Source: Octopus sinensis (taxonomy: Eukaryota). From it: DNA of 64,000 nt. Under the pieces are notes generated by a model, which ran no database searches, had not been told where the DNA came from, and was given only the letters and a program-made list of their open reading frames with translations. The position numbers and the translations under genes were made by a program. Below, piece by piece: positions 1 to 12,659 of the stretch. The stretch's first letter is position 1; every line of letters begins with the position of its first letter. Location: assembly GCF_006345805.1 (NCBI RefSeq), contig NC_043003.1:53196001-53260000 (forward strand). The letters are read 5' to 3'.

Positions 1-3000
1 GAATGAAAACACAACAACACATACATATAAAATATGGAAGGAAAATAACATAAATATAGACTTGGATACAGTAATGAACCCTAATAAACTAGCTAACGTA
101 CGAAGATATATTCTCAACGCAAAAAAATATCAGAAATAGAAATAGAACATTTAAAAGAAAAAATACATCAGGAAAATGTAGATAGAAGCCACACAACAAT
201 ACCCAATAATATAAACACTGAAACAGTAAAACACGAAGACAAACGTAACATTTCCAACAAAAACGATGTAAACAAAAAACAACAAACCCAGACCGTAAGG
301 ATGCATAATAATACACGACAAACAGCAAGCCAAAACACGACAAACAAACATACAAATGAGAAAGAAAGCGACACAAATCTAAAACCTGGAAACAACGAAG
401 GGGAGCCTAATGATTATGATACTATAAAAAGTAGAATAATCAAAGAACTGAAAACCACAGAGCTCAAAATGGACCACCGACCATACCTCCCAAAAATCAA
501 TATAGACAAAACAACAACACCAATTATAAACAGCATAAACCTAGCCGTCACGGAACTAATAGCTACTGAAACAAAAAGCGATATCACTGAGCTAAATGAC
601 TTAGTATACGCAGCAGCCACTGCAGCCACAAAAGAAGCTGGATACTCACTCAAACCCATCCAAACAGGAGTACCATCACCCAAACAAACCCTGTGGATAA
701 ATAACATCCAAAACGAAATACAAAAAATGAGAAAAGATCTGTCGATTCTTAATGAAATCAGTAGACAATCAACCTACTGGGCAACAAAAAGAAAACAAAA
801 ATACTCCACAAATACAACATCACAGAAAAAGATTTACCTGAGATAAAAGAAAAACTAAAGTAAGATATCCTTGCCAAAGCACAAAGGGTCCGTCGGTACG
901 AGAAACGCCAACATTTCTTTGAACAAAACAAAAAGTTCAACTCCAACCCCAAAAAGTTCTACCAAGAACTTGGCAAAAATAAAATAGAAATCACTGCAGC
1001 ACCAACGGCAGAAGAAGTGGAAGAATTCTGGAGAGAAATATGGTCGGCGAACGAACAACCAAAAAAAAGGAGTATTAAAACAACAAACTCAGTATCTGAG
1101 CAACTTTGGACCCCCATAACAACTGAAGAGGTCACCTAGGCACTGCAAAGACTAAGCAACAGGAAGGCACCTGGGCATGACAAGATCCCCAACTTCTGGT
1201 TGAAATATCTAACAGGAATGCACAAAAAGTTGTCTGAAAACTTTAACAACATACTAGCAGAGCCAGAGACAATGCCTGAATGACTCACGAAGGGGAAAAA
1301 CCATCTTAATTCCCAAATCAAATGAGACAGCAAAACCCAGAAAACTACAGACCTATAACCTGTCTCTCAACAATGTACAAGGCATTTACTGCAGTAATAT
1401 CGCAAAGATTGAACAAGCACCTGGGCGAAAACAACCTGTTTCCAGAAGAGCAGAAAGGATGCCGCAAAGGCTCGTATGGCTGTAAAGATCAACTAATGAT
1501 TAATAAAGCCATAACTGAAGACAGCCACAGAAAGAAGAAAGGCCTCAGTATGGCCTGGATCGACTACAAAAAGGCGTTTGATAGCGTCCCCCACACATGG
1601 ATCCTCGAAACACTAGCCATTAACAAAGTAGCACCAACAATTATAAAATACATAGAACACTCTATGAATAAATGGTAAACAGTGCTACAGCTCCAAACAA
1701 AAGAGGGACTCATGAAAACCAAAGCCATCCCCATTAGAAGAGGAATATTCCAGGGAGACACGCTCTCTCCACTCCTTTTCTGCTTAGCACTGTCACCTCT
1801 ATCTGATATGCTAAATAGAACTGGATGCGGATATAAATTTTACGGCAAAACGATCAGCCACCTTTTATATATGGATAACCTAAAACTATACGCTGCAAAT
1901 GACAAACAGCTGGAAACACTATTAAAGACAGTTCATGGATTTACCAAAGAAATAGATATGAAATTTGGATTAGAAAAATGCGCCAAAGTAACCCGAAAAG
2001 AGGAAAACTAGTTAAGAGTAGCAACATCATACTAAATAAAACCAATGAAATAAAAGAATTAGACCAAAGCCAAACTTACAAATACTTAGGAATCCATGAA
2101 CTAGATAAGACACAACACACACAAATGAAAGAGAAAATAAAAAAGAATATTATAGACGAGTTAGATCAATACTAAAAACAGAGCTCAATGCTAAAAACAA
2201 GATAATAGGTATTAACACTTTAGCTGTCCCAGTTATAAGTTACAGCTACAATATCCTTAACTGGATAATGAATGAACTGACCAAAATAGATAGGAAAACA
2301 AGAAAAATAATGACAGGATCTAGGATGCATCACCCAAAATCTGACATAGAAAGACTATATATACAACGTATAGAAGGTGGTAGTGGCCTTATACAACTGG
2401 AAAACTACTATAAAATAACCACCATAGGACTGCAAAAATATCTACTTCAGAAGGAAGGAAAACTTATACAAATAGCGGCAAAACACGAGCAAAACAAAAA
2501 ACTGTTCTCAGTATTTAAGGAAGCTGACAAATACAAACAAGAAATCATACCACCTAACAAATATGAAGAAGAAGAAGAAGATGAAGAAACAACAAAAGCT
2601 ATAAAACAAATGAAATCCAAACTAAAACTAGAACAGCAAAGAACCATGATAAAACAATGGCAAGAAAAGCCCCTTCATGGTAAATACTGGACTAAGCTAA
2701 ATGCAAAAGAAATAGACAAAGAAAAATCCCAGCAATGGTTGAGAAGCTCAGGACTCAAAGCAGAGACAGAGGGATTTTTAATTGCAGCACAAGATCAAAG
2801 CCTCCCCACCAGAAATTACCAAAAACATGTAATGAAAAGAAATATAACAAGTAACTGCAAAATATGTGGAGATGGACAAGAAACAATAAATCATATTATC
2901 TCTGGCTGCCCAGTCCTAGCTAAGAAGGAATATATTCACAGACATGACAGAGTTGGGACCTACATACACTGGAAGCTATGCCAACATTATGGAATAACAA

Positions 3001-3515
3001 CAGAAAAAGATGGTATAGGCACACACCAGAAAAGGTCACAGAAAACGAGAAAGCAACCATACTCTTGGATATGCCGATACACACAGATAGAGAAATTAAG
3101 GCCAACAGACCAGATATAGTTGTCAGAGATCATGAAGAAAAAAAATGCTTTCTAATTGATGTATCAATACCAGCAGATGACAACGTGTCTCTAAAAGAAG
3201 TGGAGAAACTTTCAAAATACAAAGACCTGGAAATAGAGGTAACCAGAATGTGGAATCTAAAAACAGAAACAATCCCTCTCATAGTAGGTGCACTAGGCAT
3301 GATAAAAAATATTCAAACAAATACATAACAAAACACCAGACTTACAAATACATATAACATACAGAAAATTGCACTACTAGGCACTGCACACATCCTACGC
3401 AGAACACTTTCCATACAATAACCATCAGAGCATCACAACAAATCACAGCACATACCCAAGGCACACAGAGCTGCGCTCGGTAGTGAAGTGAAAGCACGCT
3501 ATAAAAATAAAACTA

Positions 3516-3553
<38 letters not shown>
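1..3553 (+). mobile_element. Decayed RLE-type non-LTR retrotransposon (R4/Dong-like), 5' end beyond the window, (TAA)n 3' tail
   Basis: Broken ORFs give RT motifs (PENYRPITCLSTMYK, QKGCRKGSYGCKDQL, AWIDYKKAFDSVPH, GIFQGDTLSPLLF, HLLYMDNLKL, FGLEKCA, YKYLG), a CCHC knuckle (CKICGDGQETINHIISGC..RHD) and an RLE domain (RPDIVV..LIDVSIP..EKLSKYKDL). Short 3' UTR, then (TAA)n at 3521-3553. Confidence 0.95.
301..3420 (+). pseudogene. Frameshifted RT-zinc knuckle-RLE polyprotein of the R4/Dong-like element
   Basis: Consecutive ORF pieces 301-846, 1322-1678, 1682-2011, 2268-3119 and 2978-3328 are split by stops and frameshifts. The catalytic YMDD reads YMDN. Confidence 0.9.
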
Positions 3554-4249
3554 GGTTCCGCGCTGAATAACAACTCGCCATTCAAAAACAAATCTAATCT
3601 AATGTAGAATGGCTAAATGAACCTGTGGAAGACTTGAAGGAAGCGGCCTTTTAACGAAAATAATCACAAAAATGAAATTTAACTGCTACACAAAGCACAG
3701 TTTTTCCCATGCAAGATGTCTCAGTGAAACATGTGCGAAAGACATGCGAAATCAACATAGGTAAGTTTACAAATTATAAAATGTAAGTGGAACAAAACAG
3801 TAAGTACGTAAACTGATTAATTATGCATACACAATGTCTGCACAATCATATATGCATTTTAATACCCATAGGACTACATATACATCCCAATGTTTACACA
3901 GCTACGTAAAATTTACAGAACACATACACATGCATATGTAAGCACGTGTCGCAAACAAAGCAAAAAAAGATAACAAAACATTTTTTTCGTACTAACACAG
4001 ACAGAGTGAACAATTCATAAGCTCAAAAAACACCACAAAAATCTATGCCCGGAGATAAATCTATCAATCAAAAACGTACAGATGAATACAGATCTGTTAG
4101 CCTTAAGAAGCTACGTTATGAGCAAATTTTTTTTCAGAGAACCCGGAGGCAGTGTTGTTTCAAAAAATTAACCCCAAACAAACGGATCTGACCCCTAATT
4201 TCAACGTCCAAGCTTGCCCTGCCTCAGTGATAACAAAACAAAATACAAA

Positions 4250-5640
4250 CTGAAGCTGCCGTCACCCGGGTCAACAAGGGTCACGTACCCCAGTGAGGAA
4301 CCAGACTGGGTACGAAACACAGGAGCTGGAAGTACCCCACAACCGGAAGATTCCAACAGATGACCATCCACGCTCGTCATCAATTAGACAAAACAAAAAG
4401 AATGAAAAATGGTCTAAGAGAGATAACAAAGAAGTTCCTAAGGCTTTCTATCTTGCCAACTATTTTCCCCACAAATAAATCTAATACTGAACAAACCTAC
4501 CTAAACTGGAGACAGAAGCACCTTGAAGTAAGATCCTACATAGACAGAAACAAACTTGTCAACGTCAAAAGAAACATAATGAAAAAGAAATTACTAACTG
4601 AATTAGAAATTGACCAAATTAAACAATCAGTAAGGGAAAAAGGGAACGAAGCTGCAGCTAAAGAAGATATTACAGAGGAAATAATTATAGACCGACGCAG
4701 GCCTGATGAAAATACTGTAATGATAGAAAAAGTTAATGTAACTGACAAGCAAGTTGAAATACTCTCTGAATCAACCATAAACACCAAGGCAGATGAAAAT
4801 CAAATAGATGAAGAAAGTCACACTGAAATTTACCCAACTGAACTAGATGATCTAAAAAATTAATCATGATTGAATGGCTGAAAATTAAAGAAACCAGTAT
4901 GAATGAACGTGTCATTCTCCCAATAATTCGCACCTCTAACCAAAACCTGAAAGTAATTGGTAAAATCCGCCTTGCACTTAAAGATGTAATTTCAACTAAT
5001 GATGATGATATTACAGATCTCAACCACCTATACTATGCATCCGCGAAAATCTCAACGATTCTATGTGGTGAAAAGATTAGAAAACAACAACATTCCGAAA
5101 AAAAGCCTGCTTGACACCAAATTCAGCTACTTAGGTTTGACATAGAATTTTTAAAAGACTTTAAGTTTAACAAGACTATCAAACTAACAAAAATCCGAAA
5201 ATTAAAGAAAAACTATATGAAAACCGTACTTGACATTGGTACCACTATAGAAACTATCAAGCAAAAGGTATGTGCTAAAGCTGCCCGCATAGCACGGTAC
5301 GACAAGTGAGTTAGATTCTTCAAGGACAACAACATATTCAAAAATAGCCTAAAAGTTTTTTACAGGAAGATAGGGAAAATACCAGTTACAGTAAAGTCTC
5401 TCCCGTCAAAAGAAGTGCGGAATTTTGGAATAAAATTTGGGCAGAAGAAAAAACACAATAAAAATGCCCCTTGGATTGATAGAATATCTACTAATTTAAA
5501 CTCCTTAGAAGAGCAAAAGTGGGAGGGTATCAAGGTAGATGATGTAAGATCTACTCTCAGGAAATCAATCAAGCAAATAGAAGTCTCTAGGAAAGGATAA
5601 AATTCCTAACTTCTGGTTGAATACCTTCCCAGAGTCACTA
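4250..5640 (+). mobile_element. Second, more diverged R4/Dong-like fragment (N-terminal part up to the start of RT)
   Basis: Pieces KWSKRDNKEVPKAFYLANYFP, LNWRQKHLEVRSYIDRNKL, DITDLNHLYYASA, FKNSLKVFYRKIG and KDKIPNFWL parallel the N-terminal region of the element at 1-3553. Confidence 0.8.
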
Positions 5641-5817
5641 ACTGCTAACAAAACATTACAACAAAAGAATATATCGTTCTTCCCTCCTGTGTTATTGAAA
5701 CTGTATACTTACTTCTCGAAAAGAACTGCATTATACAGGAGAGAATAGGAAAGACTGTCACTCTATTATGACTTCAGTCTTCCATCAACTCATATTTCTT
5801 GGGTTACTCGCTGTTCT

Positions 5818-6160
5818 GTGGAGGCGCAATAGCCCAGTGGTTAGGGCAGCGGACTCGCAGTTGTAGAATCGCGGTTTCGATTCCCAGACCGGACGTTGTG
5901 AGTGCTTATTTAGCAAAAACACCTAAAGCTCCAAGAGGCCGGCAGTGAGTGGTGGCGAACCCCGCTGTACTCTTTCACCACAACTTTTTCTTCCTGTTTC
6001 TGTTGTACCTATATTTCAAAGGGTCGGCCTTGTCACACTCTATGTCACGCTGAATCTCCCCGGAAACTACGTTAAGGGTACACGTTACTGTAGAGTACTG
6101 TTCCGTTGATCGGATCAACTGGAACCCTCGTCGTCGTAACCGATGGAGTGCTATGACGAC
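5818..6160 (+). mobile_element. tRNA-derived SINE, family C (body C1 + tail T1)
   Basis: A-box-like TAGCCCAGTGG and B-box-like GGTTTCGATTCC. Body ACACCTAAAGCTCC is shared with 31851; tail GCTGAATCTCC..GGAACCCTCGTCGTCGTAACCGA is shared with 12408 and 59790. Confidence 0.8.
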
Positions 6161-6954
6161 GATTCTCTGTTCCACGTCAGTTGTTACCTCGGACCCAGAA
6201 TTTTATCCTTGGTATATATATCATTTCGAGACAATTCTAGTCTTGTGTACAAATTTCGGAAAAACCTGCTTTCAGAAAGTGAAAACTGATTCAAGACAAA
6301 CAAGCAAAAAAAAAAAAAAAGAAAGAAAGAAAGGAAGAAAGTAAAAATGTCGGAGATGTATTTGTGTGGTGAGTGATTTGATCTGAGACTGTGTCCAAAA
6401 CTAAAGAATTAAGAAAGTCACAAAGAAATTGTTTAAGTTCTTTTAATTATTTACAGTTTGGTGTCAAATTTTTCGTTAAACTTGGCACAAAGTAAACGAT
6501 CATTCAAAGAAGTTAACTGATTCTGGGTGCTTTTGCAAGGCTAAAATGAGTCTTTTTCGTTGTAACTGTTATTAAAAAATAAATAGATAAAATTTAAAAC
6601 AAAGCGCATTAAAATAAATAAATTCAGTCACGTGTTTTGGAAATTATTGAACCAATTATAACATTCTTTAAATATTGCTATACTATGATGATTTCGATTA
6701 ACATGGCAATTTCAAGATACAAGTAAACCGTACTAACCGGAGGTTTGCTATATTCACATATAAAATTCTGTGGCATGAAAGACGAATATAATAAATAACA
6801 AATATTATTTGATGGTATGTAAAATGCATTTCTTTTCAGAAAAAAAAAATCAAAATCCCAGAAGACCGCTCCGGCCCTATATGCGAAGTTAGGTCTCCCA
6901 AAAGCTTTAATGCACTTTCTTTGCTGAATATACACTCCTGGAATTGTCGTGCAT

Positions 6955-7022
<68 letters not shown>

Positions 7023-7096
7023 TAGACGGAAACTGAAAGAAACCTGTTGTATATATGTATATATATATACAACAGGCTTCTTTCAGTTTCCGTCTA
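7023..7096. repeat. Fold-back inverted repeat of a SINE-B segment around a (TA)n loop
   Basis: TAGACGGAAACTGAAAGAAACCTGTTGTATA ... TATACAACAGGCTTCTTTCAGTTTCCGTCTA. Confidence 0.85.
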
Positions 7097-7231
7097 CCAA
7101 ATCCACTCACAAAGATTTGGTCGGCCCGAGTCTATAGTAGAAGACACTTGCCCAAGGTGGCATGCAGTGGGAATGAACTCGGAACCACGTGGTTGGTAAG
7201 CAAGCTACTTACCACACAGCCACTCTGCGCC
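7070..7231 (-). mobile_element. SINE family B, 5' half (tRNA head + CORE-like segment)
   Basis: Reverse complement of GTGGCTGTGTGGTAAG..CCGAGTTCATTCCC..ACCTTGGGCAAGTGTCTT..AGACGGAAACTGAAAGAAGCC, repeated many times in the window. Confidence 0.85.
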
Positions 7232-7249
7232 TACATATATATCCATATA

Positions 7250-7660
7250 TATCTTTTACTTGTTTCAATTATTTGACTGTGGTCATGCTGGAGCACAGCC
7301 TTGAAGAATTTGTAATCGAAAGTATCGACCCCAGTACTTAATTTTATAAGCCTGGTATATATTCCATCGGCCTCTTTCGCCGAACCGCAAAGTTATGGTG
7401 GTGTAAACACCCTAGCACAGGTTGTCAAACGGTGGTGGAGGGACAATTACAAACTCAAATACACACACACACACACAAACACACATACATACATATATGC
7501 AATAAGCTTCTTTCAGTTGGCATCCACCAAATCCAGTCACAAGGCCTTGGTCGACCCGAAGTTATAGTAAAAGACACGTGTCCAAGTTTCCACACAGTGG
7601 GACTGAACCCGGAACGATGTGATTGAGAAGCAAGCTTCTTACACCACAGCCACCTCTGAA
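7250..7660 (-). mobile_element. SINE family B, full length, diverged
   Basis: Head, (CA)n/(TA)n spacer and 3' tail (GTGCTCCAGCATGACCACAGTC..GAAACAAGTAAA) on the minus strand. Confidence 0.85.
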
Positions 7661-7847
7661 TGCATATTTATGTACATGAAACTGTACGTGTTTGTATTTG
7701 TGTGTGTACGTGTCTTTGTGTGTATATAATGCACAAATGTTATTGTAATTCAGTTCTATATTTAAGAGACGAGGAATTATGTACATTATTTACATTATTT
7801 ACCTTATTTACATTCGACGGATAATTGTCCTCATCTTGTTTGTTGTT

Positions 7848-7893
7848 AACACAACGTTTCGGCTGATATACCCTCCAGCCTTCTTCAGGTGTC
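7848..7893 (-). ncRNA. Minimal type I hammerhead ribozyme motif (minus-strand copy)
   Basis: Reverse complement reads GACAC-CTGAAGA-A-GGCTG gagggtatat CAGCC-GAAAC-GTT-GTGTT. Confidence 0.75.
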
Positions 7894-7929
7894 TTGGGGA
7901 AATTTCGAACCTGGGTTCTCATTCTTGAG

Positions 7930-7998
7930 GGCATATGCCGTAGTGGTTAAGAGCGTGGGAAACCCCAAGATTCCGAGTTCGATTTCAAGTAGTGACCT
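7930..7998 (+). other. tRNA-derived sequence with Pol III A/B boxes; not a functional tRNA
   Basis: A-box-like TGCCGTAGTGGTTA and B-box-like GAGTTCGATTTC. Anticodon arm appears shortened (GTGGGAAACCCC); no convincing acceptor stem. Confidence 0.7.
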
Positions 7999-8039
7999 GA
8001 ACAACAACAGCAACAACAACAACAATAATGATGGTGATA

Positions 8040-8080
<41 letters not shown>

Positions 8081-8131
8081 AACACCGAAAAATACCTTAG
8101 GAATGAGAACCCAGGTTCGATATTTCCCCAA

Positions 8132-8177
8132 GACACCTGAAGAAGGCTGGAGGGTATATCAGCCGAAACGTTGTGTT
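8132..8177 (+). ncRNA. Minimal type I hammerhead ribozyme motif
   Basis: Stem I GACAC/GTGTT, core CTGAAGA, stem II GGCTG/CAGCC, GAAAC, then GTT. Helix III is the loopless palindrome AACGTT. Confidence 0.75.
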
Positions 8178-8514
8178 AACAACAAACAAGATGAGGACAA
8201 ATATCCGTCGAATGTAAATAATGTAAATAATGTAAATAATGTTATTGTAATTGTTATAATCTATCAGCACGTCAACTCTAATCCATAGACCGATGATCAG
8301 AGATATTCATCAGAGATATTCCATTCGTGACCATCCTGTATTATTTCATTTATTTACTTTTGGCTCAGGCAGTGAAATTCATTAACCTGTGTTCTTTATT
8401 TTCTTCAACTATAAGGTGGGATTTGTTGTGGGGATTTAACTGCTGTTTCTAACCAGTCGTTATTGGTTCTGTTTTTAAATGTGTACACAGAAAGTATTCA
8501 TTTGTACATATAAA

Positions 8515-8920
8515 AGGAGTTGCTGTGTGGTAAGTAGCTTGTTTACCAACCACATGGTCCCGGGTTCAGTCCCACTACGTGACACCTTGGGAAAGTGTCT
8601 TCTACTATAGCCTCGGGCCGACCAAAGCCTTGTGAGTGGATTTGGTAGACGGAAACTGAAAGAAACCCGTCGTATATATATGTACTTATATATATATGCG
8701 TGTGTGTGTTTGTGTATCTGTGTTTGTCCCCCTAGCATTGCTTGACAACCGATGCTGGTGTGTTTATGTCCCCGTTACTTAGCGGTTCGGCAAAAGAGAC
8801 CGATAGAATAAATACTGTCGTTACAAAAGAATAAGTCCCGGGGTCGAGTTGCTCGATTAAAGGCGGTGCTCCAGCATGACCGCAGTCAAATGATTGAAAC
8901 AAGTAAAAGAGTAAAGAGTA
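8515..8920 (+). mobile_element. SINE family B, full length (best copy)
   Basis: tRNA head, ACCTTGGGAAAGTGTCTT CORE-like segment, microsatellite spacer, 3' end GGCGGTGCTCCAGCATGACCGCAGTCAAATGATTGAAACAAGTAAAAGAGTAAAGAGTA. Confidence 0.9.
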
Positions 8921-9963
8921 TATAGACTCGACTTTTATTCGTATGCCATTTCAGTGCACCATTTTTACACACTTATACAGAATACATTGTAATAAAGCAC
9001 ATGATAAAAGCTACCAAATTTCATTTGACATCAAACTCTGTATATGCATTGCTATAACTACCACTCCTACCGCAATAACATTTAGCACTGCCCCAACATG
9101 ACAACTACAAGTATGCGGAAGAGTTATCGCCATCGCTACCACCACCACCACCACCATCACAACCAGTCAACTCACCTACCACTAAGCAACTCTACACCGA
9201 CAATGAGAGACTTCTTACATTTTTCTGTTACCTCTAGTTAACTTTCTCTTGTCTTCAGTGTACAGAACGTCACTTATTGAATCTGCATCTAAAGGTTGTC
9301 TATCTCACAACCGACGTCTCTTATATAAATTGGATGATTTCGACCGTACTCACACAACACGTTTATGATACATGCATGGCGTCATTCCTTCGGAAAAGGA
9401 ATGATACAATAAAGCAAAAAAAATTCCGGAAGGAGTGAATTAATGATGTAAAACAAAGTAAAAGAAAAATTAGATTAAAAGAAGCTTGCTTGTTTAACGA
9501 CTGGTGGAACCTTCCAGCCGAAAAGGTAACGCGAAAATAACTTTGAAATCTGTAATTTATTTCCTGTTTTACCTTTTCCTTATAAGCCTGTTTTTTCAGC
9601 CTTTCTCCAGCTTATATACATTTCACCCTTTCTCTATCATTTTCTCTCTCTTTCCCTCCCTTCTCTCTGTCGTTCTGTCTCTCTGTGTCTGTCTGTCTCT
9701 CTCTCTCTCTCTGTTATGTATATGCTTCTGTGTGTGTTCGTCGTGTGTAAATTCTATATGGATTTCCCAAGGCTTCAGTTAGAGCAAGAGTGGTATTCTT
9801 GATATACATCATATTAGTCAGTATTCATCGTTATAAACACTGATATGAATACAGCAGTAATCACGAAAATAAAGACAACTTAAGAATAACACAATGCTTA
9901 TTAATATATTCTTTTATTAGTTGTAGCTATTGTGCCATTGTCCAATGATTTGTGAGTGCGTAT

Positions 9964-10031
<68 letters not shown>

Positions 10032-10127
10032 ATATATATATACAAATATTTACTGATAATAGTTCTTTTAACATATCGAACAACTTAGTAAGATTATTAA
10101 TTATAAATTGATTAATTAATTTTATCC

Positions 10128-10184
<57 letters not shown>

Positions 10185-10269
10185 TATCATTATTATTGTT
10201 ATTATTATCATTATTATTATTACTATTATTATATTATCATCATTATTATTATTATTATTATTACTATTA

Positions 10270-10315
<46 letters not shown>

Positions 10316-10568
10316 CAAGTGTGTGTGTGTGTGTGTGTGTGTGAATGCTGGGTCGCACGTTACGCCAGTTACACTATATAATACAATCAGTATGTAGCTT
10401 CCTAGATTGTAACAGTAGGAAGCACTCAGTAAAATGAATCCTGTATTTATGTGTGCAGACGTTCATGCACGCACGTGCACACACACACACAGACACACAG
10501 TCATTCTCACACATATTTGGATATGTATGTATGTGCTCGTATGTTGGGGTAAGTGAATACAGATATAC

Positions 10569-10731
10569 AGGCGCAGGCGTGGTCGTGTGATAAGGAGCTT
10601 GCTTCCCAGTCACATGGTTCCGGGTTCAGTCCCACTGCGTGGAATCCTGGGCATGTGACTTCTACTATAGCTTCGGATCGACCAAAGCCCTGTGAGTGGA
10701 TTTGGTAGACGGAAACTAAAAGAAGCCTGTC

Positions 10732-10788
<57 letters not shown>

Positions 10789-11015
10789 GTGTGTCTTTGC
10801 GTCTGTGTTTGTCTCCCATCGTCGCTTGGCAATAACCGGTGTTGGTGCATTTACGTCCCCCGTAACTTAACGGTTCGGACGAAGAGACTGATAGAATAAG
10901 TACTAAGGTTAAGAAAAGAGCCTGAGGTCGAATTGTTCGACAACAACACTTCAAGGCAATGTTCCAGCATCGACACAGTGTAACTGGCTGAATCAAGCAA
11001 ACGAATAAACGAATA
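10569..11015 (+). mobile_element. SINE family B, full length
   Basis: Collinear with 8515-8920, with an expanded internal (TA)n. Confidence 0.85.
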
Positions 11016-11531
11016 CACACACACGCACACTCACACACACACACACACATATATATATATAACAGGAGATGGAAAAAAATCTTTGGCTTTACTTTACCAT
11101 TACACGTCCTAGTAGGAATTACAAAATTGCACAGAATCTCAATACATATTATTTAATTATTTCATTGTTCGCCAGGAAAATTTCTAATAGGTGATATCTC
11201 GCATGTTTCCCATACATGTACAATTTTGTGGCACCCATTAGAAAGTGAAACACATGTAATGGTGAATGAATAATGCCAAAAGTTTTTCGAGTCACCTGCT
11301 CTGATGTGTAATTATTCTACAGGAAATATTTTCCAGTATTTTTCAACACTTATGCATAACAAATATAATACCTACAAACACGGTCGGAGAACTGAATAAA
11401 CAGATGTGTTGCAACCTGAATGTCTACATTATATATATACAGTTATATCTACACACACACACACACACACACGCACACACACACAAACAAGCACACACAT
11501 GGACGGATACACACACACACATACATGTATT

Positions 11532-11854
11532 TTTTTGACTGCGGCCATGCTAGGACACCGTTTCGAAGGGTTTTAGTCGACCGGTTTTAGACACCGGTTG
11601 TCAAGCGGTCATGCAGGGCAAATATAGACATTAAGACACACACTCACATAGATACGTGTGTATGTGTGTATGTATGTATCTGTGTGTGTGTATAAGACGA
11701 GCTTCTTTCAGTTTCCGTCTACTAAATCTATTCATCAAGAATTGGTTGGCCCGAGGCTATAGCAAATGCACTTGCTCAAAGTGCTACGCAGTTGGGCTGA
11801 ACCCGGAACCATGTGGTTGGAAAGCAAGCTTATTACATGCAGCCACGCCAGCTC

Positions 11855-11857
<3 letters not shown>
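11532..11857 (-). mobile_element. SINE family B, internally deleted
   Basis: Minus-strand head and tail motifs of family B. Confidence 0.8.
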
Positions 11858-11912
<55 letters not shown>

Positions 11913-11916
11913 AATA

Positions 11917-12018
<102 letters not shown>

Positions 12019-12028
12019 TATGTATATA

Positions 12029-12068
<40 letters not shown>

Positions 12069-12407
12069 AATTAAATAATGAAGGTTTAAATTGACATAAA
12101 TCAATTAACATCAATTAAGACGGCATATTTAAAAAGTACGAAAATTAAAAATTATATTACATATTTTGTATGTATGTATATATTTTGTATGTATGTATGT
12201 ATGTATATATTATGAAGATATGTATTATTTACCTATATATACGGGCATACACACGTGTATTTATGTATTTGTGCTTATGTATATAGTTTCGAATGTGTAG
12301 ATATGTATATAGACATATAAATATGTATGATGTTTATATTCATACACGTTTATATGCATGTATGTATACATGTAAGCGTATATATATCTGTCTGCGTATA
12401 TGTATAA

Positions 12408-12657
12408 GTATAGTGTATTCGATTCACGATCGCAAAGTCGTGAGTTCAATTCCCGGCGACGCGTTGTGTCCTTGAGCAAGACACATTATTTCCTGTTGAT
12501 CCAGTCTACTCAGCTGGCGAAAATGATTAGTGCATCTATTTCAAAGGGCCAGTCTTGTCACATTCTGTGGCATGCTGAATCTACCTTATGGGTACACAAG
12601 GCTGTTCTGTAAATCGGATCAGCTGGAACCAACGTGGTCGTAACCGACAAATTGCCA
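12408..12657 (+). mobile_element. tRNA-derived SINE with CORE-like body + tail T1
   Basis: GAGTTCAATTCC B box, GTTGTGTCCTTGAGCAAGACAC CORE-like segment, tail GCTGAATCTACC..GGAACCAACGTGGTCGTAACCGA like 5818-6160. Confidence 0.7.
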
Positions 12658-12659
12658 GC

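Larger units (their letters stand above)
7751..8237 (+). mobile_element. Composite non-autonomous element: inverted pLTR-like repeat + tRNA-derived head + (AAC)n(GAT)n + forward pLTR-like repeat with hammerhead
   Basis: About 150-bp inverted repeat (about 7781-7929 vs 8095-8237). 15-bp direct repeat AATGTTATTGTAATT at 7736-7750 and 8238-8252 (TSD). HHR core in both arms. Confidence 0.85.

Noticed and set aside
7930-7998. Possible tRNA gene
   Set aside because: A/B boxes are present, but the anticodon arm is shortened and there is no clean acceptor stem. It is the head of a mobile unit.
7781-8237. Interpretation of the inverted repeats as MITE TIRs
   Set aside because: The arms are asymmetric, carry HHR cores and have a 15-bp TSD, which fits PLE-type inverted pLTRs better than a cut-and-paste transposon.
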